From assembly GCA_963925895.1 (NCBI GenBank), contig CAWUVH010000001.1, positions 12,859 through 76,858 of the forward strand: DNA of 64,000 nt, read 5' to 3'. The DNA is from an uncultured Burkholderiales bacterium (lineage in GTDB: Bacteria > Pseudomonadota > Gammaproteobacteria > Burkholderiales > Eutrophovitaceae). Below are positions 20,974 through 30,427 of the stretch, one piece after another (within the stretch, counting starts at the first letter, position 1; every line of letters begins with the position of its first letter). The position numbers and the translations under genes are program-made. The notes below the pieces were generated by a model. The model did no database searches, was not told the origin of the DNA, and saw only the letters and a program-made list of their open reading frames with translations.

Positions 20974-22608
20974 CTAATTTGTTTCTCCGAGCCGATCCCT
21001 GAGCGCCGCCTTTTGAATCTTTCCAGTTGAGGTCTTTGGCAACACACCGAAAATTACCCGTTTAGGACACTTATAACGAGCAAGGCGTTCTCTACAAAAC
21101 TCAATAACATCATTTTCAGTCAACACCGTCTCCGATGATTTCAAAGTAATGAAAGCGCAGGGAACTTCACCCCACCGTTCATCAGCCTGCGCGACAACTG
21201 CCGCCTCTAAAATACGGCTATCCTGACAAAGAACATCCTCAATCTCAATCGTTGATATATTTTCACCGCCTGAGATGATGATATCTTTGGATCGATCTTT
21301 AATCGTGACATAACCAAACATATCAATAACAGCCAGATCTCCGGTATGGAACCACCCTCCACTGAATGCAGATAGCGTAGCCTTCGGATTTTTCAAATAC
21401 CCTTTCATGGTGATATTGCCGCGAAAACAAATCTCACCCATGGACTTGCCGTCACGAGCAACAGGAAGCATTGTTTCAGGGTCAAAGACATCCATTCCCT
21501 CTTGCACGACGTAACGCACACCCTGTCGACCATTTTTTTGAGCACGTTCCTCCAAGGAAAGCGTCTCCCACTCGGGATGTTGCGCACACACCGCAGCTGG
21601 ACCATACACTTCGGTAAGACCATATACATGAGTCAAGTCAATACCTAAAAGCTCGGCACCCTCAATGACCGATCTAGGAGGAGCAGCACCAGCAATCATC
21701 CCTTTAATCCGTGACTTAAGCAGTTGGCCTTTACTGACTGAGGCGTTAATCAAAGTGTTATAAACCACGGGGGCGCCACACATATGGGTTACGTCATGAT
21801 CTCGCATCAACTCGAAGATGACATCAGACTCGACTCGACGAAGACAAATACTTGTCCCAGCAACAGCTGCCAAGGTCCAAGGGAAGCACCACCCGTTACA
21901 GTGGAACATTGGTAACGTCCATAAGTATCTTGAAAAGTAAGGCATAGTCCACGTCACCACATTACCAAGGGCGTTTAAATAAGCGCCTCGATGATGCGTC
22001 ACAACACCTTTGGGATCCCCCGTAGTTCCAGACGTATAGGACAGAGCAATCGCATCCCACTCATCCTCAGGCAATTGCTGATTAAAAAACGGATCTCCAC
22101 TCTCGATAAATACTTCATATTCAAGATCACCAACAGGGGGCAAATCAGCAAGATTGGCATCAGCAATATCGATCAATAACGGCTTTTTATCCAAGGTTGC
22201 CAGCGCGGCACTGACTACCCCTTGATACTCACGATCGACCAACAAAACCTTGGCGCCTCCATGTTGGAGCATGAACGCAATCGTCGCAGAATCTAAACGC
22301 GTATTTAAGGCATTAATGACAGCACCCGCCATTGGTATCCCATAATGGGCCTCAAACATGACTGGCGTGTTAGGCGCCATGATCGCAACGGTATCCCCAT
22401 ACTCCACCCCAAGCCTTACTAACGCGGAGGCAAACCGCCTACATCGCGTATAGGTTTCTTTCCATGTCTGCTGCTGCTCTCCGTAAACAACAGCCAGACG
22501 ATCTGGATAAACATTTGCCGCCCACGCGATGAGAGAGACAGGAGACAACGGCGCATAATTTCCTTTGTTTTTTTCAAGCTCTTTATTAAACGCGTCACTC
22601 ATTACCAA
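20974..22608 (-). CDS. AMP-forming acyl-CoA synthetase (medium-chain / DmdB-like class)
   Basis: 544 aa. AMP-binding motifs YTSGTTGDPKGV, GWFHTGDLA, DRSKDIIISGGENI. Confidence 0.85.
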   Translation of the reverse strand: MVMSDAFNKELEKNKGNYAPLSPVSLIAWAANVYPDRLAVVYGEQQQTWKETYTRCRRFASALVRLGVEYGDTVAIMAPNTPVMFEAHYGIPMAGAVINALNTRLDSATIAFMLQHGGAKVLLVDREYQGVVSAALATLDKKPLLIDIADANLADLPPVGDLEYEVFIESGDPFFNQQLPEDEWDAIALSYTSGTTGDPKGVVTHHRGAYLNALGNVVTWTMPYFSRYLWTLPMFHCNGWCFPWTLAAVAGTSICLRRVESDVIFELMRDHDVTHMCGAPVVYNTLINASVSKGQLLKSRIKGMIAGAAPPRSVIEGAELLGIDLTHVYGLTEVYGPAAVCAQHPEWETLSLEERAQKNGRQGVRYVVQEGMDVFDPETMLPVARDGKSMGEICFRGNITMKGYLKNPKATLSAFSGGWFHTGDLAVIDMFGYVTIKDRSKDIIISGGENISTIEIEDVLCQDSRILEAAVVAQADERWGEVPCAFITLKSSETVLTENDVIEFCRERLARYKCPKRVIFGVLPKTSTGKIQKAALRDRLGETN

Positions 22609-22650
22609 TCACACCTTTTTATTAAGTTCTCTTACACCCTATCAATTTAT

Positions 22651-24000
22651 CTAAAATACCGCATCAATGGCTTGGCTAATGTGCTCTACCTTGATCAACT
22701 CAATACCTTTTGGACTGGTTTTAGGTGCATTTGCTGCAGGAATAATAGCTCGGTTAAACCCCAACTTAAGTGCTTCTTTCAAACGATCCTGACCACGCTG
22801 TACCGCTCTGACCTCACCAGACAAACCGATCTCACCAAACGCTACGGTTTTACCACCCACCACTTTGCCTCTCAATGACGACACGATCGCCAAAATCACG
22901 GGCAAATCCGATGCCGGCTCATTGATTCTTACACCGCCAACCGCATTAACAAAAACATCTTGATCGAACGCTGCTATACCCGCGTGTCGGTGCAGCACCG
23001 CTAGCAGCATCGCCAATCTATTTTGCTCAAGCCCAACAGTAAGTCGCCTTGAATTCGCCGAATGAGACGTATCAACAAGTGCCTGCAACTCGACCAAAAG
23101 AGGACGGCTACCCTCTTGCGTCACCATGACGCAACAGCCAGCAACTTCTTTTTCATGCTGTGACAAAAATAACGCAGATGGATTAGACACACCCCGTAAC
23201 CCTCGATCTGTCATGGCAAAAACACCCAGTTCATTAGCTGCCCCAAAACGATTTTTAATCGAACGAACCAAACGAAAACTCGAGTGAGCATCTCCCTCAA
23301 AATACAAAACCGTGTCCACAATATGCTCAAGCACACGAGGTCCGGCAATAGCTCCCTCTTTCGTCACATGACCGACCAATAACAATGTTGTGCCACTTGC
23401 TTTAGCGAAGCGCGTCAGTTGCGCTGCGCACTCTCTAACCTGCGACACACTGCCCGGTGCGGGCTGTATGTCCTCTGAATACACTGTCTGGATTGAATCG
23501 ATGACTGCAACATCAGGCTTCTCTCGAGTTAGGGTATCTAGGATTCTGTTCAGTTGAATTTCTGATAGCAGCAACAATTTATCCGACTTCAAATCCAATC
23601 GTTGCGCTCTGAGTCCAATTTGTTGCGATGACTCCTCACCACTGACATAAATGGCCTTATGGTGCTCACTCATCGCACTCATGGCTTGGAGTAACAAGGT
23701 CGACTTTCCGATTCCTGGGTCACCCCCGATAAGAACCACACCACCCCTCACAAGACCACCACCCAGCACCCGATCCAACTCGCTGCTATGGGTCGAAAAC
23801 CTCGCCTCCTCTGTGGCCTCGATCTCCCCTATCGGGATCAAACTGTTGGTATTATTTAAGGGCTGATACCGCTCTCCACCTCGAGTGACCGTCGTTTCCT
23901 TGAGTACGTTCCACTCATGACAATGGGGGCACTGCCCAGCCCACTTTTGAGTCTGCTCGCCACAACTGGAACACAAAAATGCCGTCTTAGATTTGCTCAT
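22651..24000 (-). CDS. radA: DNA repair protein RadA
   Basis: 449 aa. N-terminal zinc finger CSSCGEQTQKWAGQCPHC, Walker A GDPGIGKST, the KNRFG motif, and a Lon-like C-terminal domain. Confidence 0.96.
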   Translation of the reverse strand: MSKSKTAFLCSSCGEQTQKWAGQCPHCHEWNVLKETTVTRGGERYQPLNNTNSLIPIGEIEATEEARFSTHSSELDRVLGGGLVRGGVVLIGGDPGIGKSTLLLQAMSAMSEHHKAIYVSGEESSQQIGLRAQRLDLKSDKLLLLSEIQLNRILDTLTREKPDVAVIDSIQTVYSEDIQPAPGSVSQVRECAAQLTRFAKASGTTLLLVGHVTKEGAIAGPRVLEHIVDTVLYFEGDAHSSFRLVRSIKNRFGAANELGVFAMTDRGLRGVSNPSALFLSQHEKEVAGCCVMVTQEGSRPLLVELQALVDTSHSANSRRLTVGLEQNRLAMLLAVLHRHAGIAAFDQDVFVNAVGGVRINEPASDLPVILAIVSSLRGKVVGGKTVAFGEIGLSGEVRAVQRGQDRLKEALKLGFNRAIIPAANAPKTSPKGIELIKVEHISQAIDAVF

Positions 24001-24038
24001 AAGCCATTATATCTATGCCACGATTGGTAATCACCATT

Positions 24039-25115
24039 TCAGTCAGCACACACAAAAGGAACTCGAGCAGTCACTCGAGTCAATAGCTCGTAACCAATAG
24101 TTCCGGCCTGATGGGCGACCTCCTCAACAGGTAGCCCCTCTCCCCATAGCACGACACTTGAGCCAACACCTGCGGCCGGGACATCAGTTAAGTCGACCGC
24201 AAACGTGTCCATCGAAACCCTTCCTACCGTGGACACACGAATACCATCAACCATCACCGGGCTGCCATTAGGGATCGATCGGGGATAACCATCACCATAT
24301 CCTCCAGCAACAATTCCGACCTTCATATTTCGCCTTGCTGTGAACATGCCACCGTAGCCCACCCGGTCACCCGAGTTGAGTTCTTGTACCCCAATTATTC
24401 CGGATTTAAGCGTCATCACAGGTTTTAATCCCAGTGAGCTAGCAGGAACATCCGTAATAGGTGATGCGCCATAGAGCACGATTCCAGGTCGAATCCAACT
24501 CTCATTATCAGCACCAAAACGAATCAATGCTGCCGAGTTACTCCTTGAGACGGGAATACTCAGAGGCCCGAGCGCTTCTAAAAGTTTTTCGTTCTGCCAA
24601 TCAACACCTCTAGCCGTATCAGCTTCAGCATAATGAGTCATCGCCGTCACCCGCTCAACCGCAGGCAATCGACAAAGCGCTTCATAACATTGAACTGCCT
24701 GATCAACTGCAATGCCCAGACGATTCATGCCTGTATTTATTTTTAAGAACACATGAAATGAATGCGCTAATCCACATTTTTCGAGCAAGGTAATCTGCTC
24801 AACATTGTGGACGACTAAATCAAGCTTAAGATCCGCAGCATGTCTCAACTCTTCAAGACTAAAAACACCTTCAAGCAATAGTATAGGGCGACAAGCGTCC
24901 TGCCCCCTCAAGTAAGCAGCCGCATCCATCTCAATAACCGCCAACCCGTCAAGCTGAGCAAGAGCGGGATAAATACGACTCAATCCATGTCCATATCCAT
25001 CTGCCTTGACCACACCAAAAACTTTCGATTTCCCCGATAGCTTTTGAATTATCGAGACATTGTGACGCATCGCCTCCCGATTGATTATGGCTTGAATGGG
25101 TCTTGAACTCATCAT
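24039..25115 (-). CDS. alr: alanine racemase
   Basis: 358 aa. PLP-Lys motif GVVKADGYGHG and the C-terminal YELLT motif. Confidence 0.92.
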   Translation of the reverse strand: MMSSRPIQAIINREAMRHNVSIIQKLSGKSKVFGVVKADGYGHGLSRIYPALAQLDGLAVIEMDAAAYLRGQDACRPILLLEGVFSLEELRHAADLKLDLVVHNVEQITLLEKCGLAHSFHVFLKINTGMNRLGIAVDQAVQCYEALCRLPAVERVTAMTHYAEADTARGVDWQNEKLLEALGPLSIPVSRSNSAALIRFGADNESWIRPGIVLYGASPITDVPASSLGLKPVMTLKSGIIGVQELNSGDRVGYGGMFTARRNMKVGIVAGGYGDGYPRSIPNGSPVMVDGIRVSTVGRVSMDTFAVDLTDVPAAGVGSSVVLWGEGLPVEEVAHQAGTIGYELLTRVTARVPFVCAD

Positions 25116-25120
25116 TGGTT

Positions 25121-25837
25121 TTAGCTCACCGGTGCGCTAGCACGCTCAGCCCTGTTCATTACATCGATAGCGAAACAAAGATCTTTCCACGCATCAGCTT
25201 TATCTTTCGGATTATCTAATAAATGCTGGGGATGATAAGTCGTAATAAGATTCACGCCCCAACACTTATACGTCATTTGACGGTAATCAGAAAAATCTCG
25301 ATCGAGTCCGATAAGACGCTCTGCAGCAAGTTTGCCCAACACCACGATGACTGAGGGTTGAATAGATCGAACCTGTTGTTCGAGAAAATCAGCGCAAGAC
25401 ACACTCTCTTGATGGCCAGACTCTTGGTCATTTGGAATTCGGCGCTGCACGACACTCAATAAATAGACTTTGTCATTCCTGCGTAAATGGATTGCAGACA
25501 ACATGTTGTCGAAAAGTTTTCCCGCCTCTCCTGAGAAAGAATCACCCGATAAACTCTCTTCTACTCCTTGCGTCTCTCCAACGAACAACCACTCCGCTTG
25601 GCGGTCACCTGATCCCAGAACAACATGACTGCCGGACTCCAACAAAACACTAGACTCACCTTTACCCACCAAGCCTTTGCTTAACTGCCCAGCCTTCGCA
25701 AGAGCACCAGTCTTAAGCAAAAGTTGGGATGACACACTATCCCGAGTTTCGACGCTAGTGGTAGCATAAGAACCCTTACTCAGCTTCCAGATGGGTGTTA
25801 TGCCAAGCTCCTTCAAAATTTCTTCCCTCGTGCTCAA
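25121..25837 (-). CDS. uracil-DNA glycosylase family-4-like protein with divergent motifs
   Basis: 238 aa. WLFVGETQGVEE…FSGEAGKLFDNML and TYHPQHLL align with the family-4 UDG motifs A and B but with substitutions. Its position after rimI is conserved. Confidence 0.7.
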   Translation of the reverse strand: MSTREEILKELGITPIWKLSKGSYATTSVETRDSVSSQLLLKTGALAKAGQLSKGLVGKGESSVLLESGSHVVLGSGDRQAEWLFVGETQGVEESLSGDSFSGEAGKLFDNMLSAIHLRRNDKVYLLSVVQRRIPNDQESGHQESVSCADFLEQQVRSIQPSVIVVLGKLAAERLIGLDRDFSDYRQMTYKCWGVNLITTYHPQHLLDNPKDKADAWKDLCFAIDVMNRAERASAPVS

Positions 25838-26298
25838 AACAACATCTCCATCACAATTGCATCTTCTCGACCATTTCGAGCTGGATAATAATTCTTACGC
25901 AATCCAATTTGTTCAAAGTTTAATGATTCATACAAATATATAGCGGCGTAATTGAAACGTCTAACTTCCAAAATCATCTTAACCGCCTGAAATGCGAGTG
26001 CGTCCCTAACGAGCGACTCTAAAAAATAACGACCAAACCCTTTTTTCTGAAAACCAGCGGCCACGGTCAAGTTGAGCAGATGCATCTCGTCCAATATTGT
26101 CATCTGGACTGCGTAAGCAATGAGCTTACCATCGCAGATCAAAACATAGCATCGATATCCAGAAGCCAAACAATCGCTAAAATTTCCATGCGTCCACGGG
26201 TACGCATAAATCACTTTCTCTATTTTTAGAACCGACGGCAAGTCCATCTCTAACATCGGTCTAACGAGCAGATTTAAGTTATCGAGAGGCTTGTTCAT
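25834..26298 (-). CDS. rimI: ribosomal-protein-alanine N-acetyltransferase
   Basis: 154 aa GNAT with the QKKGFGRYFL acetyl-CoA motif. It overlaps both the upstream tsaB and the downstream UDG-like gene. Confidence 0.85.
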   Translation of the reverse strand: MNKPLDNLNLLVRPMLEMDLPSVLKIEKVIYAYPWTHGNFSDCLASGYRCYVLICDGKLIAYAVQMTILDEMHLLNLTVAAGFQKKGFGRYFLESLVRDALAFQAVKMILEVRRFNYAAIYLYESLNFEQIGLRKNYYPARNGREDAIVMEMLF

Positions 26299-26965
26299 CT
26301 AACGTAAGTGCCACCTTATTGCGAACATACATCGGAGCCGCATTCTCCGCTGAGACATACTGACCATTTTTATATTCTCGTTCAGTAATGAGTAAGACTT
26401 CTCTCGCTGAAGGACTAACGTAGTCAACATTTACCGTTGGCCCAGATAAACCAAAATAAGACTCAAACGCCTCTGCATAGGAAGAAAGACCACTGCCGCA
26501 TACAACCCAACGTCCACCCAACGGCACAGTGACATCTTGTGGGTCGCACACATATGGCTCGGTTAAAGGTGACCAAATATCACCTTTTCTCTCATATGCC
26601 GCGGCATACACCTGATTCATCCGCGCATCTTGACATATCAACACGCGGTCAAAATTAGTTGCTTGAGCAAGCGCCTCCAAAGAGGAGACCGGAACTACCG
26701 GCACGCTTAAGCCAAATGCAAGCCCTTGAGCAACACCACAGGCTAGACGTACCCCCGTGAACGAGCCTGGGCCAGCACCAAAGCCAATGACATCGATCTG
26801 ATTAAGAACTATGTCTGATTTCAAAATCAGTTGGTCGATCATAGGCAACACTTCTTCTGAGTGCTTTTGACCGACATGCTTTTCTGAAAAAGTCAGTTCT
26901 CCACCGACCGACAAAGCAACTGAACACATCTCTGTGGAGGTCTCAATCGCCAAGATATTTAACAT
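26279..26965 (-). CDS. tsaB: tRNA threonylcarbamoyladenosine biosynthesis protein TsaB
   Basis: Starts MLNILAIETSTEMCSVAL, with GPGSFTGVRL. The ORF-track start at 27034 adds 23 non-homologous residues. Confidence 0.85.
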   Translation of the reverse strand: MLNILAIETSTEMCSVALSVGGELTFSEKHVGQKHSEEVLPMIDQLILKSDIVLNQIDVIGFGAGPGSFTGVRLACGVAQGLAFGLSVPVVPVSSLEALAQATNFDRVLICQDARMNQVYAAAYERKGDIWSPLTEPYVCDPQDVTVPLGGRWVVCGSGLSSYAEAFESYFGLSGPTVNVDYVSPSAREVLLITEREYKNGQYVSAENAAPMYVRNKVALTLDEQASR

Positions 26966-27260
26966 TAGATTCTTATGGTCCATTTTGACTGATTTAGAAT
27001 TCACTTTTACCTCGATACAGCAGATCATAATCACACATCAGACCGTCCACTGACTGTGGGCCCTAACCAACAATATACTTCGCTAAATGACACGCACTAG
27101 ATCATACCCTGTATTACAAATTATCCCACGTGACGCAATGGATAAAAGGCAATCCTAAAACATCTAAAACGAGTATCATTTTATAAGAAAAACATAGTTA
27201 TAAGGTCTTCAAATAACGTTCTATAAACCGACTAATACTCTTACAGTTATAGGGATAAAA

Positions 27261-28196
27261 ATGAAAAATATTGCCATCATCGGTTCAGGGCTCATCGGTC
27301 GCGCATGGTCCATCGTGTTCGCCAGGGCTAACCATCCAGTCATGCTCTACGACAACGTCAACGGTGCGGTCGCGCAAGCAATTGACTTAATTGGCCATGG
27401 ACTGGCTGATCTCAAAAAATATGGCTTGATTGATGAAGACCCCGAAAAAATTCTCCTTCGTATCACACCTGCCCAATCGATTGAGGAAGCAGTATCAAAC
27501 GCTGATTATGTGCAAGAGAACACCTCGGAAAATCTTGACATCAAAAAAGGAGTCTTCAGCTCATTAGACCAATTCGCACCCGAGCACTGCATTCTCGCAA
27601 GTTCGACATCGACCATACAAACATCGTTATTTAGCGAACACTTAGCAGGTCGACATCGATGTATTGTGGCTCACCCGGTCAATCCGCCACACATTGCACC
27701 GATCGTCGAAGTCTCTCCGTCGCCATGGACCAGCTCTGAGGTCACGCAAAAGACGTACGACCTTCATCAATCAGTCGGACAAGCGCCGATTATTGTCAAA
27801 AAAGAAGTGGCGGGTTTTATTCTCAACAGACTACAAGCGGCATTATTGCGAGAAGCTTGGCGTCTAGTCGATGAGGATTATGTTTCAGTAGAAGACTTGG
27901 ACAAAACCATAAAACACGGCTTGGGGCTTAGATGGGCATTTATGGGACCTTTCGAGACTATCGACCTTAACGCACCCGGTGGAATTGCCGATTATGCAGC
28001 ACGATTCGGCGATGCTTATTCAGAAATGATGAGCAACATCAACTACCCCAACTGGACCGAAGAGTTAGTAAAGAAGGTAGAGGCTCAGCGCAGAGATATC
28101 ATGCCGTTTTCAGAAATTCGGGAAAGAGAATCCTGGAGGGATCAACGCTTGATGGCACTTATTGCTCACAAAAGAAATACCAAATCACATGATTAG
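27261..28196 (+). CDS. 3-hydroxyacyl-CoA dehydrogenase family protein, lambda-crystallin / L-gulonate-3-dehydrogenase-like
   Basis: 311 aa. IAIIGSGLIGRAWSIVFA Rossmann motif, then CIVAHPVNPPHIAPIVEV and KEVAGFILNRLQAALLREAWRLV. From memory, this pattern resembles CRYL1-type enzymes more than FadB-type enzymes. Confidence 0.8.
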   Translation: MKNIAIIGSGLIGRAWSIVFARANHPVMLYDNVNGAVAQAIDLIGHGLADLKKYGLIDEDPEKILLRITPAQSIEEAVSNADYVQENTSENLDIKKGVFSSLDQFAPEHCILASSTSTIQTSLFSEHLAGRHRCIVAHPVNPPHIAPIVEVSPSPWTSSEVTQKTYDLHQSVGQAPIIVKKEVAGFILNRLQAALLREAWRLVDEDYVSVEDLDKTIKHGLGLRWAFMGPFETIDLNAPGGIADYAARFGDAYSEMMSNINYPNWTEELVKKVEAQRRDIMPFSEIRERESWRDQRLMALIAHKRNTKSHD

Positions 28197-28309
28197 CTAA
28201 AAGAAATATTTTTTATGTTAGTCTTTTTTCACTCAGTATCAGGTTTTGCGCTTGAATATCGAGTGCTTTAACGCGACTTCTAAATAACAACTAGTACCCA
28301 AGGAATATT

Positions 28310-29236
28310 ATGGCTAATAAAGTAATTATTACGTGTGCTGTGACGGGTTCAATACACACACCTTCAATGTCGCCCTACCTTCCAGTTACACCAGAAGAAA
28401 TTGCTGAGGCCGCGATAGGTGCCGCTGAAGCCGGGGCAGCCATCGTCCACTTACATGCCAGAGACCCGAAAGATGGGAGACCAACCCAAGACCCTGATAT
28501 GTTTCGTCAATTTTTACCGACAATTACGAAAAATAGTGATGTTGTCGTCAACATCACCACAGGTGGCGCCCCGACCATGAGTGTCGAAGAAAGATTGCAG
28601 CCAGCACTGCAATTAAAACCCGAACTGGCCTCTTTAAATATGGGCTCCATGAACTTTGGACTCTACGAGATGTTGAATCGATTCAAGGATTTCAAGCATG
28701 ATTGGGAGAGACCTTATTTAGAAGAATCCGACGATCGTATTTTTAAAAATACATTTAAAGACATCGCATACATTTTAGAATCATGTGGTAACAGCAATAC
28801 CCGATTCGAAATTGAATGCTATGACATTGGACACCTGTATACCGCGGCACATTTTATTGATCGCGGCCTGATTAAGCCTCCATTCCTGATTCAATCCGTG
28901 TTTGGTTTACGAGGCGGCATAGGCCCTCATGCTGAAGATGTCATGCATATGAAACGCACAGCAGACCGATTGTTTGGGAACGATTACTTATGGTCAGTGC
29001 TCGGCGCTGGCAGCAATCAGATGTATGTTGCCGCTCAGTCTGCCGTGATGGGTGGCAACGTACGGGTTGGTCTGGAAGATAGTTTATGGGGTAGCAAAGG
29101 AACACTTGCAAAATCCAATGCTGAACAAGTCGCCAAAATTAAGAGAATCATGGAAGACTTAGGACTCCAAACTGCAACGCCAGACGAAGCTCGATCTATG
29201 TTGAAACTTAAAGGCCGAGATCAAGTCGAATTCTGA
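28310..29236 (+). CDS. beta-keto acid cleavage enzyme (BKACE / DUF849 family)
   Basis: 308 aa. VIITCAVTGSIHTPSMSPYLPVTPEEIAEAA…AGAAIVHLHARDP…NITTGG is the family signature. Confidence 0.85.
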   Translation: MANKVIITCAVTGSIHTPSMSPYLPVTPEEIAEAAIGAAEAGAAIVHLHARDPKDGRPTQDPDMFRQFLPTITKNSDVVVNITTGGAPTMSVEERLQPALQLKPELASLNMGSMNFGLYEMLNRFKDFKHDWERPYLEESDDRIFKNTFKDIAYILESCGNSNTRFEIECYDIGHLYTAAHFIDRGLIKPPFLIQSVFGLRGGIGPHAEDVMHMKRTADRLFGNDYLWSVLGAGSNQMYVAAQSAVMGGNVRVGLEDSLWGSKGTLAKSNAEQVAKIKRIMEDLGLQTATPDEARSMLKLKGRDQVEF

Positions 29237-29259
29237 CGATCTATAGGGATTTAAAAAAC

Positions 29260-30306
29260 ATGGAAAAACTTCAAGCTATCCATCAAAAACAAGTTGTCAG
29301 CTGGTTGGCAATTTGTGGGTTTATGGTTTTTTGTATGATCATTGTTGGCGGCGCAACACGCCTGACTCACTCAGGCTTATCGATCGTCGAATGGGCGCCA
29401 CTTGTAGGTACAATCCCACCCCTGAATTATGCAAACTGGATCCAAGTTTTTGATGCGTACAAAAGCAGCCCTGAGTACCAGCTAATCAACTACGGCATGT
29501 CATTGGGTGAATTCAAAGTGATCTTTTGGTGGGAATATTTCCATAGATTGCTGGGACGCCTCATTGGCTTAGTCTTTTTTATACCTTTTGCTTACTTCTT
29601 ATTTACGAGACGCCTCAATAGCAATTTAGTCGCTCGCTTGCTGGGCATATTCGCGCTGGGCGGACTCCAGGGAGGAATGGGTTGGTACATGGTCGCAAGC
29701 GGGCTCGTCGATGACCCTAATGTCAGCCAATATCGCTTAACAGCCCACCTCGGAATAGCATTTCTAATTTTTGGGGCAATTACTTGGACGGCGCTATCGG
29801 TGCTCTACCCTTCGAAGATTAATTTATACACTCCAGCGAGGAGCATGTACAAAGCATCAATCCTTATTAACCTCGTGTTATTCATTATGGTTTTGTCCGG
29901 CGGATTCGTGGCTGGACTGAGAGCGGGACTTATTTACAACACCTTTCCGTTAATGGGAGATAGTTTTATTCCGTCAGGCCTTTTCATGCTCTCACCATTT
30001 ATGACTAACTTCTTTGAGAATATGACCACGGTACAATTTGACCATCGAATCATTGCCTACATTCTTGCCGGATTGATTCCTGTCTTTTGGTTTAAGTTAC
30101 GACGAAGAGAGGTATCGATTCGCGCCAAAAACTTTTCAAACTTAATGTTAGTACTGCTCATTCTGCAAATCACACTCGGCATATCAACGCTGGTTATGGG
30201 TGTCCCCATAATTCTAGGCGTAGCTCATCAGGCGGTTGCTTCATTATTGTTTATAACAAGCCTTGCAGTCACTCAATCAATCTCTTCTCGGAAAGGTATG
30301 ATTTAA
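29260..30306 (+). CDS. ctaA: heme A synthase (COX15/CtaA)
   Basis: 348 aa polytopic membrane protein. GGATRLTHSGLSIVEW, a conserved His-containing helix (EYFHR), and FDHR. Confidence 0.85.
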   Translation: MEKLQAIHQKQVVSWLAICGFMVFCMIIVGGATRLTHSGLSIVEWAPLVGTIPPLNYANWIQVFDAYKSSPEYQLINYGMSLGEFKVIFWWEYFHRLLGRLIGLVFFIPFAYFLFTRRLNSNLVARLLGIFALGGLQGGMGWYMVASGLVDDPNVSQYRLTAHLGIAFLIFGAITWTALSVLYPSKINLYTPARSMYKASILINLVLFIMVLSGGFVAGLRAGLIYNTFPLMGDSFIPSGLFMLSPFMTNFFENMTTVQFDHRIIAYILAGLIPVFWFKLRRREVSIRAKNFSNLMLVLLILQITLGISTLVMGVPIILGVAHQAVASLLFITSLAVTQSISSRKGMI

Positions 30307-30427
30307 AAGGGTTCGTTAGTTATTCGCATGATTCGCCGAGACAGATGTACCCAAGTGACCTGAAATATCTTGTTAAAATTATTTATTATAATAATCAGTA
30401 TGTTGTCATAAAAAAGAAGAGCTGCTT

